Positions 56,501-64,000 of a stretch of DNA of 64,000 nt are shown in pieces. Position 1 is the stretch's first letter; each line of letters begins with the position of its first letter. The translations under genes and the position numbers were made by a program. Source of the stretch: Eledone cirrhosa (taxonomy: Eukaryota); assembly GCA_964016885.1 (NCBI GenBank), contig OZ024743.1:31000001-31064000 (forward strand), read 5' to 3'. The notes below the pieces were generated by a model. It made no database searches. It was not told where the DNA came from and saw only the letters and a program-made list of their open reading frames with translations.

Positions 56501-57623
56501 ACTATGTAATTATCTCCATGGAAAGCCATCCTCTATTTCGTATGTAAAAGGAGTGTATTGCTGGTCTCTGTGAAATAGATTTTTGGGGACTAAGTCAAGA
56601 ATATAACCACACGTTCTGCAATCTACAGTATAATTAATATTGTGAATTGGACAACGATAGTTACAATTTCGACTATTACTAAAAAAAAATGTCAAAGGTT
56701 TTTAAAACGTATGGACAGTGTTCGATAGCGACGAGTTTGTGACATATTCATATATTCGCGCCGGATGAAGAGTGTAATTGCTTTTCATTCCATCTGGCTC
56801 GACAAAATTTATGCCATTTTAACTGCTGTTACTACGATAACGCGTACATTTACTCCAACATAAATCGATATTTATACAAAACCAAAGAGATCAAGATTGT
56901 CATAAAATCATACTATATAAATCATATTCTATAATTGTTGGTTTATTTTACTCTATCATATAATTTAAATGGATCCATCATGAAGTCACATTCATTGGTT
57001 GCTTGTTGCTTTCTTCTTACAATGTTCGTTCCAATGACAAAATTCTGTATTAAGGAGAGATTATTACTAAATTTAATGTGCTAAATCGTATTCATTTAAT
57101 CTAAGTATATGAACACTGATTAATTTATACTTACGACTTGTTTAAGGTTACCTTTTAAACAGTATATTTGATTTAATAACATTTATCCTATAATGTATAA
57201 TAATATTGAATGAACGCTACATAGCGTTTCATCTAGGGATATATATTTCCTGATATATTTTGTTAATAAGTACTGCAACATAATGTTACTCAGAGAGTTT
57301 AACAGATATCAGGCGGTAATTACTTACATACAATCTCCGTAGCTAAATACAAGCAGAAATACATGTGTCAACACATATACGTGAAGGTGTGTGGCCTAGT
57401 GTTTAGAGGTTGGATTGACAATCGTGGGGTTGGGAGTTGGATACTTCGACCGGGTGAGGCGTTGCGAAGCTCTATGTTACGGTCAACCTCTACACCCAGC
57501 CGTGTAAATGATTTGCGAGGTCACTGATGCCAAGCTGTAATCAGCCTTTTTCTTTTTCTTGGGAAACAACGGTCTCATGGAAAGGGGAGATTGCCACATA
57601 TATACATGTGTTTGTAACATTGT

Positions 57624-57774
<151 letters not shown>

Positions 57775-57861
57775 CAAAACGGATATTTAATTTGTTAGTA
57801 AATCAACAAATATATATGTTTATAACTGACTCGAAGCACTCGACAGTTTTTGTGGAGTATA

Positions 57862-58165
57862 ATATGAATGATATTAATAAATTGAAACTATATATATAGA
57901 AATATATTCTATTTTATATATTTCAAGTGTACCTAAACTTTGGTACACTCTATTCAGATGAAATACAAAGTTTGTTTTATAAATATTGACTATCCAGGAA
58001 AAACTTGAACCGTTAAGATCTCCTTCTTGGATATGTCAATATTTATAAAACAAACCTTGTATTTTATTTTATGCGTGCGTACCAAAGTTTTGGTACACTT
58101 GAAATATATATATATAATAGTATAAATATGGTCTTATAAACATAGTTTCCATTTATTAATATCAT

Positions 58166-58170
<5 letters not shown>
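57862..58170. mobile_element. Diverged fold-back insertion (arms ~57865-58000 and ~58026-58168); related single arm ~63180-63350
   Basis: Inverted arms tatttcaagtgtacc.aaactttggtac...ttataaatattgac, with a degenerate HHR-like stem AGTGTACC/GGTACACT followed by GAAAT. Confidence 0.75.
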
Positions 58171-58202
<32 letters not shown>

Positions 58203-58234
58203 TGTTTTTTCTTTTATCGTACGACTTCACTCAG

Positions 58235-58277
58235 ACCGAGCTGAAGATCCGCATAAGGTGAAACATTTGTTCTCGGT
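58235..58277 (+). ncRNA. Minimal hammerhead ribozyme in ~170-bp TA-flanked insertion 58200-58370
   Basis: ACCGAG-CTGAAGA-tCC-gcataa-GGt-GAAAC-ATTT-GTT-CTCGGT, with a perfect 6-bp stem I. Confidence 0.82.
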
Positions 58278-58364
58278 ATGGTGAACTAACTGTTGTGGAA
58301 CTACTCTTACCAAACTCGTCCCATGGACTGAGTGCCCTACAGATACAACCCTCCAGTGTTCTAC

Positions 58365-58397
<33 letters not shown>

Positions 58398-58405
<8 letters not shown>

Positions 58406-59080
58406 CAAGGTTTAGCAAATAGAGAAAAAGTTTTTAAATAAATTTTAAAAAGTTCGCTCTACTTACTACATGTTCCTTTACCGCGCGGTTTCAAATCCCA
58501 AAATGAATGGATAATCCGGGGCAGACTTTCATTGAGAAGGAGGAGACTCGTCAGAAGGTTCTTCTCGCTCCGAGAATATAAAATTCCCCAGTTCAAATCA
58601 CGAACTGGCGCCATACAAAACTGTTCCTGGATGAGAGTGAATGAGGAAGGAACCAATTTTGTCTAGTGGCGTGTGTAAAGACAGAACGCAAGGGCGGACA
58701 GGTCAATGTCCTGCCAGTAGAAATAGCAGCAGTTCAAACGACCAAAATCTTATCTCAACCTTAGGGGGGATTAATAATAATAATATATGTGTCCCTACGT
58801 GTAAAAAATACATATAGGTATACAAATATTATCCATCAGTATGACAATGTGGAACACATACGTTATTATTATTAATCTCCCCTAAGGTTGAATTTTATAT
58901 TCTCGGAGCGAGAAGAACCTTCTGACGAGTTTCCTCCTTCTCAATGGAAGTCTGCCTGGATTATCCATTCATTTTGGGATTTGAAACCGCGCGGTAAAGG
59001 AACATATAGTAAGTAGAGCGAACTTTTTAAAATTTATCTTAAAATTTTTTTTCTCTATTTGCTAAACCTTGATTTTATAT
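58398..59080. mobile_element. Fold-back insertion (arms ~58398-58587 and ~58890-59080) with nested inner inverted repeat
   Basis: Inverted arms with HHRs; inner IR ~58756-58793 / ~58854-58890; (TA)n flanks. Confidence 0.88.
58918..59000 (+). ncRNA. Hammerhead ribozyme with long stem II (mirror 58475-58558 on -)
   Basis: CCTT-CTGACGA-(54 nt)-GAAAC-CGCGCG-GTA-AAGG, with palindromic ACCGCGCGGT. Confidence 0.78.
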
Positions 59081-59399
59081 ATATATATATATACAGAGAG
59101 AGAGTTTGAAATATACATTTATGTATATTTACACACACTTGAATACACACTACCAAATACAGATAAAATTCTTACCCTTGAACAAACGCGCGCGCACGCA
59201 CACGCACGCACGAACGCACCCACCCACACACACAGTTATATTATGAGAGGGTCATTTTGCCAATTTAAACAGACGACCTCTTTATTTTCGTTTCAATTTA
59301 TTACACATTTTCAGTTGGTTGTTTTAATAACCGGATGATTGTTCATACACTTTCAAAGCTCTTTCGACAAACATTCTATGATCTACTCAGTGACAGATT

Positions 59400-60190
59400 C
59401 GTTATTGTGTGTCTCTTTTATTCTGTCCTACACCAAGTTATTTTTTTGTGCTATGTATTTGCGTTGTGCATGCCTTATATCCGGGGAGAGGGTGTTATTT
59501 TGTTGGAGTTTGTCGCTTTTGTAATATGTCGGAGCACTGCCTCTGTTTTCTGTGAAGATAAGCTTTTTATTTCTATGTTATCTAGTGTGGTCCCATGTTC
59601 CATTTTGGTATGTTTCCTGGTTACTGACGAGTTTTCCCAACCTTGGAATTCTCGCGAGTGTTCATTTATCTCTTCTATGCTATGAACTGTCTGACCGTGC
59701 ATCTTATTCTATATACTACGTTCCTAGTTTTGTAGTTAAAGATATATTCCATAGGTTAGTCATATCCTGTATAAGCGATGATTTTCTTTACTTATTCCAG
59801 GTTTTCGCGGTCCGTGTAACTCAGGCCCACCTGCAACTTATTTCTGTGTAGGGCCTATTAGCTATTGAGGCGATGGCAGCTGGTCTGCCTCTCTCGAGCC
59901 TTGTGGTACAGAAGCTTCTGTGATTGTGTGTAATCCTTATTCTACGTAAGTCTAAGTAGGAGCCCGAACTCATTTGTATTAATCCCACGGAATTATACAT
60001 TATTCTTGTTGATCATCCCTACGCATTTTTCCACGGCAATCTAAACGCCGATAGATTTGTATATGTGGACACCACAAGCGTTCTACCTATTGTACAGCCT
60101 GTCAGGTTCTCAGATAAGTTGCATTCGTTGATTCTGCTGAGGAGCTTCTCCGTGTAGTCACATAAGTTTGGGGCCAATTACATTAAGGGT
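59400..60190 (-). mobile_element. Highly decayed LINE RT remnant (APE-type clade, uncertain)
   Basis: The minus strand shows GSYLDLRRI, VPQGS (~59895-59909) and a degenerate IIAY(A)DD-like stretch (~59765-59785) in the expected order. Confidence 0.35.
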
Positions 60191-60216
60191 TAAATAATCA
60201 TGGAGAGGAATTAGCA

Positions 60217-60271
<55 letters not shown>

Positions 60272-60964
60272 ATTGGTTATGCACGAGTGCATTAATGTTT
60301 CCAGGACACAGTGTTATGTACCGTGTAGGGGAACGTCAGCTTATAACAGAGTGGCGCTCAACGAAATGCAGAAAATAGGTGTATATTCCAGTTTAGCTAT
60401 ATTCCGGGGCGTGTATAAAGAATTAAAAAGAACAGAAAGATGCAGTAAAAGAGATGTATTCGGTTCAAACGTACGTTTCAATAGACATCAATTTGCCTAG
60501 ATCTCGCTGCATCTATAATATTATATAGTTAGTAGAGCATTCGACATCCAATGCACAATCGATCCCATATCATCAGAGATTATGTTTACCGCACCAGAAT
60601 GTTCAGGTTTTTATAGGAATTCATGTGAAGTTGAAGTAGAGAAGAAGGAGGATTTGACAAAGACGAGAGAGATAGGGGGGTTTTTCATAGTTGTTGAGGT
60701 AAAACAGAGGGGAGGATAAAATATGATAATGAAGTCTAGATATGGACTAGTCCAACTGTGTGTGTGTGCTAGAGAGATGGTAGACGTTGATAGGTTTACG
60801 ATCTATGATAGATGGCGGCAGGGGAGATTAGGTCGAGTGACTTGTAAAGTATGTAGGAGGAGATGTTGAATAGGGGAGATGTGGTTAATAGAAGGCATAG
60901 CAATAATCCATGGGGATAGATAGAGGAGGTAGAAGGAAGATAGAGGAAAGCAGAAGTCGCAGGA

Positions 60965-61592
60965 TCAAATCAAGCAGGGTTTGTATTTAGAGAAGGTAGC
61001 CTTGAGTCTGTGATTGCAATATAGAGTCCTTTCCGTTCTGTTGTTGAGAAGAGTATAATTGGATTTTAGTATGTAAAATAGCTCCATATTGCATAATCGG
61101 CAGTAAGGCTGGCCTGCACGATATGCGGAAGCACTAGAGTGTTTTGTCCATTTCAAAGTGTATTGCAGGTTACTTTCGCGCAACTGCCAAATTGTATTGG
61201 CTAAGGTAGTTACGGAACGGTATTTGATGTTCTTCATCGAACTACGGTGTTGGTACCAACGAGATTTAAAAGTGGTAGAGGTACAGCCGATATAGTGCCA
61301 TCTCCGGTTATCCGATTCAACGGTGCATTGATACACCATATTGGATTCCATGCATTTGTTATTCAGAGGGCAACGATCAGGTAGGTTGCAGTTGCACTTA
61401 TCAGCTCCTGTAGTATTATTATCTTGTACAGATTGCGTTAGGTTTATATGTGTGTCTGCTGCAGGAGGGTTTAAATTCAGTGGTTGAGAGTTTGAGGAAG
61501 TGTTAATGTAGTTTGGGGTGCTTCGTGTGGATGTGCTGACTAATCGTTTGGAGTTCAGTTTTTTAATAATTAGATCGAGATTGGGTGCTGTA
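60965..61592 (-). pseudogene. Naiad-type GIY-YIG domain, shorter arm
   Basis: Translation is nearly identical to the + arm from TAPNL onward (three substitutions seen). Confidence 0.88.
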
Positions 61593-62361
61593 CCTTTGGT
61601 ACAACCCAATATACAATGCCTCAACATCTCCTCAAATTTCCTCACTTTTCTTCAATTTAATCAAAACACATTTTCCTCCTACACATCGATACGCTAAGAT
61701 ACTAAATCTAAGGTCTATTAAGCTTTCATATTCTACAGCACCCAATCTCGGTCTTATTATTAAAAAACTTAACTCCAAACGATTAGTCAGCACATCCACA
61801 CGAAGCACCCCAAACTATATTAACACTTCCTCAAACTCTCAACCACTGAATGTAAACCCTCCTGCAGCAGACACACATATAAACCTAACGCAATCTGTAC
61901 AAGATAATAATACTACAGGAGCTGATAAGTGCAACTGCAACCTACCTGATCGTTGCCCTCTGAATAACAAATGCATGGAATCCAATATGGTGTATCAATG
62001 CACCGTTGAATCGGATAACCGAAGATGGCACTATATCGGCTGTACCTCTACCACTTTTAAATCTCGTTGGTACCAACACCGTAGTTCGATGAATAACATC
62101 AAATACCGTTCCGTAACTACCTTAGCCAATACAATTTGGCAGTTGCGCGAAAGTAACCTGCAATACACTTTGAAATGGACAAAACACTCTAGTGCTTCCG
62201 CATATCGTGCAGGCCAGCCTTACTGCCGATTATGCAATATGGAGCTATTTTACATACTAAAATCCAATTATACTCTTCTCAACAACAGAACGGAAAGGAC
62301 TCTATATTGCAATCACAGACTCAAGGCTACGTTCTCGAAATACAAACCCTGCTTGATTTGA
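61593..62361 (+). pseudogene. Naiad-type PLE linker + GIY-YIG domain, 5'-truncated, reading frame open
   Basis: LWYNPIY..HFPPTHRYAKILN..IKLSYS linker, then KCNC..CPLNNKC..MVYQCTV..YIGCTSTTFKSRWYQH..CRLCNME..LLNNRTE..CNH. Confidence 0.9.
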
Positions 62362-62610
62362 TCCTGCGACTTCTGCTTTCCTCTATCTCCATTCTACCTC
62401 CTCTATCTATCCCCATGGATTATTGCTATGCCTTCTATTAACCACATCTCCCCTATTCAACATCTCCTCCTACATACTTTACAAGTCACTCGACCTAATC
62501 TCCCCTGCCGCCATCTATCATAGATCGTAAACCTATCAACGTCTACCATCTCTCTAGCACACACACACAGTTGGACTAGTCCATATCTAGACTTCATTAT
62601 CATATTTTAT

Positions 62611-62794
62611 GGCGGTGGATTGGCAGTATCGGTAGACGGTCGGACGCCATGCTTTCCAGTATAGTTACGTCCCTTTCCGATCTGAGTTCAAATCCCGCCG
62701 AGGTTGACTTTGCCTTTCATCCTTACGGGATCGATAAAATAAAGTACCAGTAATGCACTGGGTAATTGCTGGCCTTGTGCCTAAAGTAGAAACA
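62611..62794 (+). mobile_element. Full-length tRNA-SINE inserted in the right arm, 15-bp TSD
   Basis: A box tggcagtatcgg and B box gagttcaaatcc. attatcatattttat is at 62596-62610 and 62795-62809; the left arm shows the empty site at ~60716-60730. Confidence 0.95.
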
Positions 62795-62945
62795 ATTATC
62801 ATATTTTATCCTCCCCTCTGTTTTACCTCAACAACTCTGAAAAACCCCCCTATCTCTCTCGTCTTTGTCACATCCTCCTTCTTCTCTACTTCAACTTCAC
62901 ATGAATTCCTATAAAAACCTGAACATTCTGGTGCGGTAAACATAA

Positions 62946-63060
62946 TTTCTGATGATATGGGATCGATTGTGCATTGGATGTCGAATGCTCTACTAACTAT
63001 ATAATATTTTAGATGCAGCGAGATCTAGGCAAATTGATGTCTATTGAAACGTACGTTAGA
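62946..63060 (+). ncRNA. Hammerhead-like motif with ~90-nt stem II (mirror 60465-60579 on -)
   Basis: T(C/T)T-CTGATGA-tATGGGATCGATT...AATTGATgTCTATt-GAAAC-GTAC-GTT-AGA, with palindromic AACGTACGTT. Confidence 0.68.
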
Positions 63061-63259
63061 ACCGAATAAATCTCTTTTACTGCATCTTTCTGTTCTTTTT
63101 AATTCTTTATATATATATATATATACATATGCAAAGTTTTATTTAAATTGTTGGGTTACAACGAGTAAATATTTATAACTGATATAAAAGCACTCAACAA
63201 GTATTTGGATTATATTTACGATATTAAATAAATGGAAACTATTTTTATAAAACCATATT

Positions 63260-63325
63260 TATTTCATTATATATATTTCAGGGATATCATATTAAAAATA
63301 TGGTATGCCTTCTTCAGACAAAATA
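63260..63325 (-). ncRNA. Hammerhead ribozyme
   Basis: Minus strand reads TATTTTGT-CTGAAGA-AGGcATAcCATATT-tt-taATATGaTATcCCT-GAAAT-ATAT-ATA-ATGAAATA. Confidence 0.72.
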
Positions 63326-63477
63326 CAATATAAACAGTCTTATAAATAGATAGATTTGACATACCTTAAACTTCCATTTAAAAAGTTGATTTGGTAGTGA
63401 AAAATGTTAGGGACAGTTATAAAAAGAAAGAAAGAAAAAAAGAAAAAAAGCGAAGAAAAAGAAGAAATGCATGCAAC

Positions 63478-63570
63478 TAAATAGAGAGAGATAGATATAG
63501 AGAGATAGATAGAGAGAAGACATTCATGTAAAGAAACAGAGAGAGATAGATAGATAGAGAAAAAACACAG

Positions 63571-63603
<33 letters not shown>

Positions 63604-63700
63604 AAAAATAGAAAAAATAGAGAGAGATAGATATAGATAGAGATAGAGAGAAAGAAAATAGGTAGTTGGGCACCAGTGGAATGACGTATCAATGATATAT

Positions 63701-63731
<31 letters not shown>

Positions 63732-63735
63732 GTTC
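63478..63735. repeat. (AG)n/(GATA)n and (TTTA)n simple repeats
   Basis: Seen directly. Confidence 0.9.
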
Positions 63736-64000
63736 TAGTATTAAGGTAGAGAGAGATATATGTGGTTAGGAGAGAAAACAGCCGTTACATAGAGAGAAAA
63801 TAAAAATATCCAGACATAAACGAGGCAGATTTAAAACATTATGTTTCATCAATGTAAAAATATCAATTCGTATGAATTAGGTATTATAATGTAAATATCA
63901 GTATTCATGAATGAGACACGTATCAATAATGTGTGAAAAATAATGATCATATGTCTAGTTTAAAATTCCTAGGTTTATATCAGAGTTGAGCTAAAAAATG

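Larger units (their letters stand above)
60272..63111. mobile_element. Young fold-back of two 5'-truncated Naiad-type PLE copies (arms 60414-61592 and 61734-63111; left tail 60272-60413)
   Basis: Near-identical inverted arms, divergent GIY-YIG ORFs, HHRs near both outer ends and (TA)n flanks. Confidence 0.93.

Noticed and set aside
61593-62361. Selenoprotein-type Naiad (in-frame UGA at Cys positions)
   Set aside because: All Cys motifs in the visible fragments (also 45472-46045) are ordinary Cys codons, and I identified no SECIS.

Overview
This is AT-rich, microsatellite-dense animal DNA. The tRNA-SINE families and (TA)n density suggest an octopod/coleoid cephalopod (inference). I recognise no host gene; nearly all interpretable sequence is transposon-derived. 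It contains a decayed autonomous Helitron with an intact 3' hairpin-CTAG end, a frameshifted R4/Dong-type LINE tied to (TAA)n, a frameshifted Neptune-type Penelope-like element (PLE), three Naiad-type PLE GIY-YIG remnants, bipartite RTE-derived elements and tRNA SINEs. The dominant unexplained pattern is about 16 insertions from unrelated families, almost all embedded in (TA)n tracts. Each is a fold-back: two 5'-truncated copies are joined head-to-head with their 3' ends pointing outward. Most carry a minimal type I hammerhead ribozyme (HHR) near the outer end, usually with a palindromic stem III. One family is a ~425-bp HHR-containing tandem unit with no recognisable protein (retrozyme-like). 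All folds and alignments were done by eye, and element boundaries are approximate unless motif coordinates are given.
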